DNA of 64,000 nt. Origin: Smithellaceae bacterium. GTDB lineage: Bacteria > Desulfobacterota > Syntrophia > Syntrophales > Smithellaceae. This document shows, piece by piece, positions 17,543 to 26,816 of the stretch. How positions within the stretch are numbered: position 1 is the first letter of the stretch; each line of letters opens with the position of its first letter. Where the stretch lies: positions 256,001-320,000 of the forward strand of contig CAXXVL010000001.1 of the NCBI GenBank assembly GCA_963667845.2, read 5' to 3'. Below the pieces are notes generated by a model. That model made no database searches and was not told the origin of the DNA. It saw only the letters and a list, made by a program, of their open reading frames with translations. A program made the translations under genes and the position numbers.

Positions 17543-19189
17543 TTATTTTAAAGTGGTCAGGTGGTTTCTTAGATTTGTCTTAATGCCGTTGAGGCCTACC
17601 TTTCTCCTCAGCCGGTAGCGGTGAACGTCGATGGCGCTTTTGGATAAATTCATAATTTCCGCGATTTCCTTGCTGGTCTTTCCCTCCTTGATAAAATTCG
17701 CGATTTGAATTTCCTTCGGGGTCAGGTTCAGATATTGGGCGGAAAGTTTGTTGGTGAAGGGTGAGACAATATCCTTGAGATTCGCTTCGATGAGTTCTAA
17801 AAAACTCATGCTTTTTTGATTCAGGTTACTTTGCTTCATCATCTTGATGTAGGGGAGAATAAGTTCCTTCACATTGGACAAGATCCTGTTTTCTGTTTCC
17901 TCAAGATCCTCGGATCTCTTATTCAGCAGCACGGTCAATGTTGTGTTCATGTCTTCAAGCTTCTTGGATTTCCGGCTCAATTCCTGCTCGGCGTTCCGGA
18001 TTTCGGTAATATCCGTAAAAGAAGAAAAGCTTTTGCTTGTCCCGGGAATCATATCCACCGTGCAATATATATTTCTGATTCTTCCCTGGCTGTCGCGCAT
18101 GCGGTACTCGTAGTTTCTGGGTACGAGATCAGGGTTTTTTCTGCGCAGCTGGTGGTAATTTGTCAGACGTTTCAGATCTTCTTTGCCGGCAACAAACTCG
18201 GTCCACTTCTTTTTGCCTTCCCAATCTTTTTTCTTATAACCTGTGAGCTTTTCAAACTCGGAATTGACCAGAGATATGGTCATATCTTTTTCAATAATGA
18301 TGGTTGCGTTGCCCGTCGTTTCAAATAGCGTCCGATAGAAGCTTTCCGATTCTTTCAGCTTTCTTTCGGCATCTTTAAGCTCCGTCAGGTCTATGTCGGA
18401 GCAGATGCTTTTATCCGTTCCCGGAATGACGTCAACCGTTATCAGAATGTCCCGTTTCCTTTTGAGGCTGTCGACCAGTTTAAACTCATAGTTTTTCGGA
18501 ACGGCGGCAGGATTTACTCTTCTCATCCGATGATATTTTTGCATCTTCGGGATATCTTCGGGTGCCACCATCTCCATCCATTTTTTTTTGCCTTCCCAAT
18601 CCGACTTCTTATAGCCGGTCATTCTCTCGAACTCGGAATTGACCAGAGAAACCGTCATATCATTCTCCAGGATCATCGTGGCCGTACCGGTTGTTTCAAA
18701 CAAAGTCCTGTAGAAATTTTCCGACTCCTTCAATTTATCCTCAGTCATTTTCCGCGCCGTAATATCCATGGCGTTGCCGAGAATGGCGGGTTTTCCCTTG
18801 TAGGTTGTCGAGGAGACTGTTTCGATAATCCAGCGGACATCTCCCTGTTTGGATATGACCCTGTAAGAATAAGGATGGTCGAGTTCGCCTGCGAGCATGG
18901 CCAGGACACTCTTCCTGGCTTCCTTCCGATCCTCCGGATGAATAATGCTGGCCGATTTCATGCCGATCAACTCGGGGATACTGTAGCCCATGAATGCTGC
19001 GGCAATAGGACTGACCAATTGGTATGCTCCATCCTGAATGAGGTACATGCCGGCCAAAGAATGGTTCCAGATGGTTTGATAGAGCTGTCCCTCGTCGAGC
19101 AGGATTTGGCTGATTCTTTTTTCCTGTGGTGACTGCTCAATCCGGGAGGTAGTCGGTACAGTTAATTGATCGATATCGTGAGGCTTCAT
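17543..19189 (-). CDS. Triple-PAS LuxR-family transcriptional regulator
   Basis: Three PAS repeats and a C-terminal HTH LTPKEIQIANFIKEGKTSKEIAEIMNLSKSAIDVHRYRLRRK. Confidence 0.9.
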   Translation of the reverse strand: MKPHDIDQLTVPTTSRIEQSPQEKRISQILLDEGQLYQTIWNHSLAGMYLIQDGAYQLVSPIAAAFMGYSIPELIGMKSASIIHPEDRKEARKSVLAMLAGELDHPYSYRVISKQGDVRWIIETVSSTTYKGKPAILGNAMDITARKMTEDKLKESENFYRTLFETTGTATMILENDMTVSLVNSEFERMTGYKKSDWEGKKKWMEMVAPEDIPKMQKYHRMRRVNPAAVPKNYEFKLVDSLKRKRDILITVDVIPGTDKSICSDIDLTELKDAERKLKESESFYRTLFETTGNATIIIEKDMTISLVNSEFEKLTGYKKKDWEGKKKWTEFVAGKEDLKRLTNYHQLRRKNPDLVPRNYEYRMRDSQGRIRNIYCTVDMIPGTSKSFSSFTDITEIRNAEQELSRKSKKLEDMNTTLTVLLNKRSEDLEETENRILSNVKELILPYIKMMKQSNLNQKSMSFLELIEANLKDIVSPFTNKLSAQYLNLTPKEIQIANFIKEGKTSKEIAEIMNLSKSAIDVHRYRLRRKVGLNGIKTNLRNHLTTLK

Positions 19190-19449
19190 TTTCAAGTATT
19201 ACACTCTTATCCGTCGTTGAAAGACCTGCAATGAATATTATCTTTGTCCGTTTCATTTCGCAAGGACCCTAACACAATTTTTTAACCGTGTCGACAGACG
19301 GCATGCTCTTTCGTTAATGCTGATTTATGTTGTGATATCAGCACATTAATCGATTCTCCGGAGAAGCGCCGAGGCAAAGTCTTTCGGGCAAATCCCGAAT
19401 TCAAGGATGGAAGAATCGCATAAGCTTCCGCCGTCCGTCCTCATCCGTA

Positions 19450-19478
19450 TAATACATTTGCATATGATAAATGTATTA
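19450..19478. promoter_or_regulatory. Palindrome, candidate regulator site
   Basis: TAATACATTT-N9-AAATGTATTA between the divergent LuxR and binding-protein genes. Confidence 0.45.
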
Positions 19479-19599
19479 CTCTCGTCTTATTGTCATTCAC
19501 ACGCACCCCACCTAACATGCATCCGTAATTTTGTTTAAGACACAGGAACACGATTCATTGACTTTAACGTGACATTTTACTTTTGAGAGGGAGGAAAGA

Positions 19600-20832
19600 A
19601 TGAAGCACTTTAGGGGGTTGATGTGTTTGGTGGCTGTAATGTCAGCGTTCTTTTGGATCAGCATCGGGAGCGCGGAGGAAATTTTAGTCGGGTACACGGG
19701 CCCGTTGAGCGGACCGGCTGCAGAGTATGGCCAGGATTGCGCCAATGGTATTGAAATGGCCGTGCAGGACATTAATGCAGCGGGAGGCATAAAGATCAGC
19801 GGGAAAAGTTACCTCTTTAAACTGGAGAAGCTGGATGACCGCGTGGATCCGACTCAGACGGTTAACAATGCGAGGCGCATGAAGTCCAAGGGTGCGATAG
19901 CGATTTTCAATCCCGTCTTCACCTGTATAGCAGCGCTCAAAAAGATTAACGAAGAAAAAGGCGCCGAATTCGTTCTGATGGGCTACACCAGCACGCCGAA
20001 AGCCACTGAAATAGCGAATCATCTGCATGTTTCCATACCGCCGCCTTTTACGGTCTATAACAGCGCCTTCCTCGACATGGCCTGGAGACAGGGCTGGCGT
20101 AAAGCGGCTATGCTGATCACCCTCGGCGCCTACGGTGATGAAAACCGCGTCGACTTCAAGCAATACTGGGAAAAACTGGGTGGGACCATTACCATCGACA
20201 AGCCCGCCAATTACTATACGGAAACAGATTTCTCCAGTCAGTTGACCGCAGTACTGGCTACAAAGCCCGATGTCATCTTCGCCGGCGGTCCATCGGCAAC
20301 GACAGCACTGGTCGTCGAACAGGCCAGAAACATGGGCTTCAGGGGCGGTTTCGCTTTTATCGATCAGGCGCGGGCGGACTACTGCGCCAGCATCCTCAAA
20401 GACTCAAAGCTTCTGGATAAAACCATCAGTGTCGCCGCGGTTGATTCCATTCCCTTCCCCGGTGCGGCCGCTTTCAACAAGAGATATTTGAAGACATACA
20501 AGCGGATCAGCAACATGGAAGCCATTCAAAACTACATGGCCATGCAGGCCTTGTCGAGAGCCATTGCCGCAGGCGGAAAAGCCGATAACGCTGCCGCCAT
20601 TCGTGCGGCATTCCCCAAAGCTTTCCCGCTGATCGGAAGTCAGTTTCCGACGGAAGTTCACGGCATCACTGCCGATGGGAGAATGGAGATATTCCCCTAT
20701 GCCCAGATGATCAAAGACGGAAAACCGACGGCGCCGGAAGTCTATGCGTGGTGGCCCAAGACTCAGCAGGAATTCCAGCAGGTCAAGAAAGTCTCCAAGT
20801 CAACAAGTCCGTTGATCTGGAAAACCAGGTAG
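19600..20832 (+). CDS. ABC transporter substrate-binding protein, branched-chain amino acid (LivJ/K) type
   Basis: Signal peptide, VGYTGPLSGPAAEYG, DINAAGGI, TDFSSQLT..KPDVIF. Confidence 0.9.
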   Translation: MKHFRGLMCLVAVMSAFFWISIGSAEEILVGYTGPLSGPAAEYGQDCANGIEMAVQDINAAGGIKISGKSYLFKLEKLDDRVDPTQTVNNARRMKSKGAIAIFNPVFTCIAALKKINEEKGAEFVLMGYTSTPKATEIANHLHVSIPPPFTVYNSAFLDMAWRQGWRKAAMLITLGAYGDENRVDFKQYWEKLGGTITIDKPANYYTETDFSSQLTAVLATKPDVIFAGGPSATTALVVEQARNMGFRGGFAFIDQARADYCASILKDSKLLDKTISVAAVDSIPFPGAAAFNKRYLKTYKRISNMEAIQNYMAMQALSRAIAAGGKADNAAAIRAAFPKAFPLIGSQFPTEVHGITADGRMEIFPYAQMIKDGKPTAPEVYAWWPKTQQEFQQVKKVSKSTSPLIWKTR

Positions 20833-20885
20833 AGCGGATCGGGAGAAAAAGCTGACACCCTGAATAACCGCACATCAAAACAATC

Positions 20886-20929
20886 CTGCTTTTGCAGGGA
20901 TGGCTCAAAAATCATCTCTGCAAAAGCAG
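20886..20929. terminator. Intergenic hairpin
   Basis: CTGCTTTTGCAG / CTGCAAAAGCAG 12-bp inverted repeat, extendable inward. Confidence 0.5.
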
Positions 20930-21078
20930 ATCAGCAAATCAAGGCAACGAACAGACTGTCTGAATCATCATGAAAAGCCGTCGCCATCATATTAATATTC
21001 TGCAAACACGCCATCACTTTTTTAATCATTTTTTAATTTTATTACTCTCCGGAAAGACTTTATTCGGAAAATGAGGAA

Positions 21079-22734
21079 ATGGGGGAAACTATGGAAGAGA
21101 AAAAGACATACCTGCCGGGAGAAAACTACAACTACCAGCTACTGATCAAGCACATTCTGGAATCAGCCAGGTTTTTATCACCGGACCAGGAAATCGTCTT
21201 CGGGGACAAACTGCGCTATACTTATGTTACGCTGATCGAGCGGATCCACAAACTCGCCGGAGCGCTGGAAAGCCTCGGGGTTCGCAAAGGAGATACAGTG
21301 TGCGTCTTTGACTATGACAGTCATCGATACCTGGAATGCTACTTTGCCATTCCGGTCATCGGCGCCGTGCTGCATACGCAAAACTGGCGTCTTTCTCCGG
21401 AACAAATCCTCTATACAATGAACCACGCTGAAGATAAGGTGGTGATCATCCATACGGACTTCCTGCCGATACTGGAAACCATCTGGGACAAACTCACGGC
21501 GGTGAAGAAAGTGATTTTGATTTCCGAGGGAGAGCAAAGCCCGTCGACAAAAATCCATTGCGACGGCGAATATGAGCAAATAGTCGCTGACGCGCAGCCG
21601 TTAAGTGATTTTCCTGATTTCGACGAGAATACCCGGGCCTCAACTTTCTATACAACCGGCACCACCGGCCTGCCGAAGGGCGTCTATTTTTCTCATCGGC
21701 AATTGGTCCTGCAGTGCCTCATCCAGCACACGGCGACAGGGGCTTACGATTCCCCGGTTCGCTTCCGGTCGCAGGATGTTTACATGCCTTTAACGCCGAT
21801 GTTTCATGTTCATGCCTGGGGATACCCTTATGCGGCAACCCTTCTCGGAATGAAACAGGTTTATCCCGGGCGCTACGAACCCAAGGCGCTCGTCAACCTT
21901 ATTTTGAAAGAGCGGGTGACTTTTTCGCATTGTGTGCCCACGATACTGCAAATGGTATTGAATGCTCTTCCCAAGGATGTTGACCTTTCCTTCTGGAAGG
22001 TTGTCATCGGCGGCGCTCTGTTGACAAAGGGTCTGGCCCAGGCGGTCATGGAGCGCGGAATCAACATCATGGCAGGATACGGCATGTCGGAAACCTGCCC
22101 GCTTCTGACAACCGCAAATCTGAAACCCAGGATGCTCAATGAACCGCCGGCAAAACAGGTCGACACGCTGATCAAAACGGGTCTCCCGGCTCCCTTTGTT
22201 TATATCCGCCTTTTCGATCCCGCAGGCAAAGCCGTCCCTCATGACGGAGTCTCCACGGGTGAAATATGTCTGAGATCGCCGCTCCTCACCGAAGGGTATC
22301 ACAATGATCCGGACCGCACAAAAGAACTGTGGGTGAACGGATGGCTCCATACCGGTGATATCGGGTATATTGATCGGGAAGGGTACCTGCAGGTTACGGA
22401 CAGAATCAAAGACGTCATTAAAACCGGCGGTGAATGGATCTCTTCTTTAGAGCTGGAAGATCTTTTGAGCCACCACGCGGCGGTTGCCGAAGCGGCGGCC
22501 ATCGGGGTTGCGGATGCCAAGTGGGGGGAACGGCCTTTGATGATTGCCGTCCTTCAGTCCGAATATAAAAATAAAGTCTCAGGTGAAGAACTGCGCAAGT
22601 TTATGCTTGCGGAATCTGAAGCGGGTAAAATCCCCAAGTACGGCGTTCCCGACCGGGTGGAAATTGTCGATGCCCTGCCGAAAACGAGTGTTGGAAAAAC
22701 GAATAAGATCGAGCTGAGAAAGATATTTAAATAA
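21079..22734 (+). CDS. Fatty-acid--CoA ligase (AlkK/medium-chain type)
   Basis: YTTGTTGLPKG, PMFHVHAWG, GYGMSET, WLHTGD, DRIKDVIKTGGEWISS, LPKTSVGK. Confidence 0.92.
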   Translation: MGETMEEKKTYLPGENYNYQLLIKHILESARFLSPDQEIVFGDKLRYTYVTLIERIHKLAGALESLGVRKGDTVCVFDYDSHRYLECYFAIPVIGAVLHTQNWRLSPEQILYTMNHAEDKVVIIHTDFLPILETIWDKLTAVKKVILISEGEQSPSTKIHCDGEYEQIVADAQPLSDFPDFDENTRASTFYTTGTTGLPKGVYFSHRQLVLQCLIQHTATGAYDSPVRFRSQDVYMPLTPMFHVHAWGYPYAATLLGMKQVYPGRYEPKALVNLILKERVTFSHCVPTILQMVLNALPKDVDLSFWKVVIGGALLTKGLAQAVMERGINIMAGYGMSETCPLLTTANLKPRMLNEPPAKQVDTLIKTGLPAPFVYIRLFDPAGKAVPHDGVSTGEICLRSPLLTEGYHNDPDRTKELWVNGWLHTGDIGYIDREGYLQVTDRIKDVIKTGGEWISSLELEDLLSHHAAVAEAAAIGVADAKWGERPLMIAVLQSEYKNKVSGEELRKFMLAESEAGKIPKYGVPDRVEIVDALPKTSVGKTNKIELRKIFK

Positions 22735-22760
22735 GATTCTCTTTTTGCGGTAAGACCGCA

Positions 22761-22789
22761 GCCTGCAAGCCGATGGACGGCTTGCAGGC
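22761..22789. terminator. Hairpin between convergent genes
   Basis: GCCTGCAAGCCG / CGGCTTGCAGGC perfect 12-bp inverted repeat. Confidence 0.55.
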
Positions 22790-22812
22790 GTTCTCATTAT
22801 TTGCCAGCGCAG

Positions 22813-22860
22813 CACCTTTCGCCTTTCACCTTTCACCATGCGCCTTGAACCTTGAACCTT
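22813..22860. repeat. Degenerate heptamer tandem repeat
   Basis: CACCTTT CGCCTTT CACCTTT CACCATG CGCCTTG AACCTTG AACCTT. Confidence 0.75.
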
Positions 22861-23730
22861 TTACAATTTATCCAGCCCCATACTTTTTATAATGAACCGT
22901 TCTTTCAGCGGGCCCGGCAATAATTTCGTCAGGATGCTTGCCGGTTTTGCACCGGGGCCGGCCAGATAGATTCGTTTTGGCTTCGAAGAGGTGAGGGCAT
23001 GTATAATCGGCTCGGCCGCCTGCTCGGCGAGCAGTCCGCTTCTTCCGGCGGTAGCGAAGTATTCAAAGGCTCTGCGCTGCCGGGCCGCATAAAGCTCGCT
23101 GAATTCCGGAGGGTACTTGCAGGCAAGGTCCGCCGTGGCTTTTTCCACGCGGTCCCATAACGCTGTCTGCACGCCTCCGTAAATCATGAGGATCACCTTC
23201 ACTCCGTGGGGCAGCAATTCCATCCGCAGCGCTTCGGAAATGCCGTTCACCGCCATTTTCGCGGACGAATAAATGCCGTGGAAAGGTGTGACCCACAGGG
23301 ACGTCAGCGAACTGACATTGACGATTCTTCCCCGCGATTGACGGATGAGCGGGAGAAAGGCCTGTGTGACCGCCAGCAGTCCAAAGACATTGGCGTCATA
23401 AAGCCTGCGGAAGTCAGCCAGCGGCGTATATTCAAGGGGCGCCCGAAAGGAAATTCCCGCATTATTTACCAGGCCCCACAATCCCTTGCCGTCCAACGCG
23501 CCGGCGATTTGATCCCTGGCGCGGGCAATTGAATCTTCATCCATGACGTCCATCAGCACCGGCGTCAGCTTTCCGGAAGCCGCTTTTTGAAGATCGTCGG
23601 CATCCTTCTTTTGTCTGACGGAAGCAAAAACAGGATATCCAAGCTTAGCGAGCTCAAGTGCCGTAGCCCTCCCAATGCCCGTCGATGCGCCGGTTACGAA
23701 AATAGCCCCTTTGACTTGTTCCATTTCCAT
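22861..23730 (-). CDS. Short-chain dehydrogenase/reductase
   Basis: TGASTGIG, LVNNAG, NVSS, YSSAK. Confidence 0.92.
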   Translation of the reverse strand: MEMEQVKGAIFVTGASTGIGRATALELAKLGYPVFASVRQKKDADDLQKAASGKLTPVLMDVMDEDSIARARDQIAGALDGKGLWGLVNNAGISFRAPLEYTPLADFRRLYDANVFGLLAVTQAFLPLIRQSRGRIVNVSSLTSLWVTPFHGIYSSAKMAVNGISEALRMELLPHGVKVILMIYGGVQTALWDRVEKATADLACKYPPEFSELYAARQRRAFEYFATAGRSGLLAEQAAEPIIHALTSSKPKRIYLAGPGAKPASILTKLLPGPLKERFIIKSMGLDKL

Positions 23731-23788
23731 TCTTCCTCCTTCCTTTCGGATCTTCTGTTACTTTCTTTTATGCCCGCCTATCTGCTAC

Positions 23789-23835
23789 GAGCTATCAGCT
23801 ATCAGCTATTCACCATCCACCATCCACTATTCACC
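23789..23835. repeat. Degenerate heptamer tandem repeat overlapping the HAD stop codon
   Basis: AGCTATC AGCTATC AGCTATT CACCATC CACCATC CACTATT CACC. Confidence 0.7.
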
Positions 23836-24458
23836 AGTACCTGCGGAAGTTCTCTGATGCTCTGCAAAATCTTGTAGGCCCCCGCAAAATTATTGCCGTT
23901 TGTGAATTTGCTCGGGATTACGATGCACCGCAGGCCGGCGGCGAGTGCGGCGGCAAGACCGCGCGGCGAATCCTCGATGACCAGGCACTCTTCAGGCGGG
24001 AAGCCGCTGAGCTCGATGGCCTTCAGATACGGCTCGGGATGCGGTTTGAAATGCGCACAATCTTTCATGGTCAGAACAAATTGAAAATAAGGCAGGAGCC
24101 CCGACGTGCTGTGAATGATCTCGAAGTGCTCATGACCGGAACTTGTCACGATCCCCATGACGTATTTTCCCCGGAGCGCATCCAGCACTTCCCGGACGCC
24201 GTCTATCACCAGCGGCTCACGGGCAATCAACTCGGCATAACGGGCGTCGCGCTCATTGCGCAGTTTATAAAACGCATCCGTCCCCGGCTTTTCCGCAAGC
24301 TGCAGCACGCTGCCTCCCCGGGTCAGAGAGATCTCTTCAAACTGCTCCCAGTGAAGCGTGATTCCCACACCCGCCAGTGTTTCCTCATTGGCCCGGAAAA
24401 AGAGGCCTTCCGTATCGACCAGAACGCCGTCATTGTCCCAGAAAATTGCCTTGATCAT
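23802..24458 (-). CDS. HAD-family phosphatase (subfamily IA)
   Basis: WDNDGVLVDT, IVTSS, KPHPEPY, EDSPRG. Confidence 0.9.
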   Translation of the reverse strand: MIKAIFWDNDGVLVDTEGLFFRANEETLAGVGITLHWEQFEEISLTRGGSVLQLAEKPGTDAFYKLRNERDARYAELIAREPLVIDGVREVLDALRGKYVMGIVTSSGHEHFEIIHSTSGLLPYFQFVLTMKDCAHFKPHPEPYLKAIELSGFPPEECLVIEDSPRGLAAALAAGLRCIVIPSKFTNGNNFAGAYKILQSIRELPQVLVNSGWWMVNS

Positions 24459-24683
24459 CAAGGTTTGCTCTCCATCTTTTGTGGAGCACTCTACACTTCT
24501 CACATCATTCGGTCAATCTGAACCAGCCTTCGCACGGAGAGCTTTCTGCCGCCGTTTCAATTCATCCCGATCTCAATTGATCAATCTCCTTCATTGTTTT
24601 CTCTCAATGGGTTATGTATGTTACGCCATCAGTTTATTGAAATATTTAAGCGGCATTGAAGAATCAATCAGTCATGGAGGAAA

Positions 24684-25538
24684 ATGCTTATGGTGAAAAT
24701 AATCATAATACTCTTCGCAGTCGTATTCATCATATTTGCAGGCGTTGGATACGCGCTGTATACGGCCGCCAAAGAACCCGAAAACAATGCCGCAGTATTT
24801 TTGTGTTCAAAAATTGATCCGTCTAAAAGGGTAGTGGTATTCATGGGCGACAGCCTTACCCATGGAACAGTGGGATTCAGCTATGTTGATGCTCTGGCAA
24901 AAGATGCTGAGCTCAGTAATTTCATTTTTATAAATGAAGGGATCAATAGCCAATTGGTATACAACCTGCTGAATAAAGTTGATAAGATCGTTTTGACGAA
25001 ACCGGATTATATTTTTATTCTCATCGGCACGAACGATTGCCGGGCAAGTCTGTCCGATGCCGAATATCAACGCTTCAATAAATTATGGAAACTGCCCGCA
25101 AGGCCGACCAAAGAACGGTTTGCGAATAATTTGAATGATCTTATAGATAAGTTAAGAAATCAGACATCGGCGGGCATTACTCTGATCTCTATCCCTCCTT
25201 TAGGTGAAAAGGCGGAGAGCATCCCCTTTCAGAAATCCGTTGAATATTCTCAAGCGGTCAAAGAAATCTCTCATCAGAAAAAAGTTGATTACATCGCTTT
25301 TAACGAGGCGCTCACCATTGAGCTCATGAAAAATTCCGGTACAAATGTTTCAGGGTACGAATTAGACGTAAGCGGTCTGTATGCTGATATAGTATTCCAT
25401 TACCTGTTCATGCAAAGCTGGGACGATATCTCGAATAAGCGCGGCCTGCGGTTTTTAGTGGATAATGTTCATCTCAACAGTCGAAGCGCGGGCATTCTGA
25501 AAGCCAGAATCAAAGAAACGCTGCTCGCAAAGCAATAA
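24684..25538 (+). CDS. SGNH/GDSL hydrolase with N-terminal membrane anchor
   Basis: GDSLT, NEGINS, IGTND, DNVHLN. Confidence 0.88.
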   Translation: MLMVKIIIILFAVVFIIFAGVGYALYTAAKEPENNAAVFLCSKIDPSKRVVVFMGDSLTHGTVGFSYVDALAKDAELSNFIFINEGINSQLVYNLLNKVDKIVLTKPDYIFILIGTNDCRASLSDAEYQRFNKLWKLPARPTKERFANNLNDLIDKLRNQTSAGITLISIPPLGEKAESIPFQKSVEYSQAVKEISHQKKVDYIAFNEALTIELMKNSGTNVSGYELDVSGLYADIVFHYLFMQSWDDISNKRGLRFLVDNVHLNSRSAGILKARIKETLLAKQ

Positions 25539-25672
25539 AAAAAAGCTCATCGGGTTTAATTGATTTTTTAAAACCATCCCTATTCCGGATTGACGAGCAG
25601 GTATGAAAAATAGGGAGAAATAGGGGACCTACTTCAAGGTATCAATCGGCCAAATATCATCTTGAAGAACAA

Positions 25673-25849
25673 GCAGTTACGCCGGGGCGTGACTGCGCGA
25701 ATCATGGCCGAGACGTTGTGGCGCTTGGCGAGGCGGAGCGTCAGGCAGCCGAGCTGTTTGAGCCCGGAGGGCGAGTTTTCGGCTGCAGCGAAGCAAGCTC
25801 AGCGCCACAGTCGAGGACATTGAGCGAAGGCATGCCCCGGTGTAACTGC
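25673..25849. repeat. 177-nt nested palindromic element (MITE/REP-like)
   Basis: 19-bp terminal inverted repeat GCAGTTACGCCGGGGCGTG / CATGCCCCGGTGTAACTGC plus inner stems TGTGGCGCT/AGCGCCACA and GCAGCCGA/TCGGCTGC. Confidence 0.75.
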
Positions 25850-25886
25850 AATCTTTTAGAAAAGTAACGCTGATAGAATCGCGTTA

Positions 25887-26028
25887 GAGATTGCCACAGC
25901 GCGCAAGGCGCGCTTCGCAATGACAGAAGGGGATTGCCAAGGCGCGGCTTGCGTCGCAATAACGAAAGGGAGATTGCCACCACCACTTTGGGTGGCACGG
26001 CGGCTTCTGAGAGGAGCCTCGCAATGAC
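25887..26028 (+). repeat. Three tandem REP-like units GATTGCCA...TCGCAAT(G/A)AC
   Basis: Units at 25887-25924, 25930-25963 and 25970-26028, each with a different internal hairpin. Confidence 0.75.
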
Positions 26029-26038
26029 AGAAGGCTGA

Positions 26039-26815
26039 TCAGGCGGCCGACGCCGCCAGGCGGGCGGCGCCGATGGCCCCGGTCATCTGGGCATGCGGCG
26101 AAACATCAATGGAATATCCCAGCGCCCCTTCGAGAGCTTTGACGACGCCGATGTTTTTAGCGACGCCGCCGGTCATCATGATGGATGAGGCGGAAGCGAT
26201 GCCCAGGCGGGCAGCCATAGCGGCTACCCGGGAGGCAATCGCCTTATGGATTCCGGCGATGATGTTTTCCCTTTTTTCCCCGCGGGCGATGAGCGAAACG
26301 ACTTCCGACTCTGCAAATACCGCGCAGAGGCTGCTGATGCCGGCCGGGTTGTCCGCTGTAAGCGATAGGGCTCCAAAGTCATCCAGATTGACCTCGAGAG
26401 CCCTGGCCATAACTTCCAGAAAGCGTCCTGTTCCGGCGGCGCATTTATCGTTCATGATGAAATTGGCCACGTTTCCGCCCTCGCCGAGCATAATGGCTTT
26501 GCTGTCCTGGCCGCCGATGTCGATGACGGCCCGGACGGCCGGGTTCAAGTGGCGGGCTCCTGCGGCATGGCACATAATTTCGGTGAAGGTGCGGGTCGCA
26601 AACGGCACGCTCGCGCGGCCGTAGCCGGTTGCCACAATGCCCCGGATCTCTTCCGGGCTCACGTGATGATCCGCAAGCAGCTGCTCGTAGATCGTGTGCG
26701 CGGCCGCTCCGGCATTGTAGCCGGTAAAACAGGCCGTGGCGGCGACGAGGGCATCGCCTCGCATCAGCGCCGCCTTCGCCGTCACGGACCCGATATCAAT
26801 GCCGACAGTGTACAT
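26039..26815 (-). CDS. CoA-substrate-specific enzyme activase (HgdC/FldI type)
   Basis: GIDIGS, ATGYGR, IDIGGQDSK, MNDKCAAGTGRFLE, CAVFAESEV, TGGVAKN. Confidence 0.93.
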   Translation of the reverse strand: MYTVGIDIGSVTAKAALMRGDALVAATACFTGYNAGAAAHTIYEQLLADHHVSPEEIRGIVATGYGRASVPFATRTFTEIMCHAAGARHLNPAVRAVIDIGGQDSKAIMLGEGGNVANFIMNDKCAAGTGRFLEVMARALEVNLDDFGALSLTADNPAGISSLCAVFAESEVVSLIARGEKRENIIAGIHKAIASRVAAMAARLGIASASSIMMTGGVAKNIGVVKALEGALGYSIDVSPHAQMTGAIGAARLAASAA

Positions 26816-26816
26816 G

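Noticed and set aside
25887..26028. Mini CRISPR array
   Set aside because: Only three degenerate units, the variable parts are themselves hairpins of unequal length, and there are no cas genes.
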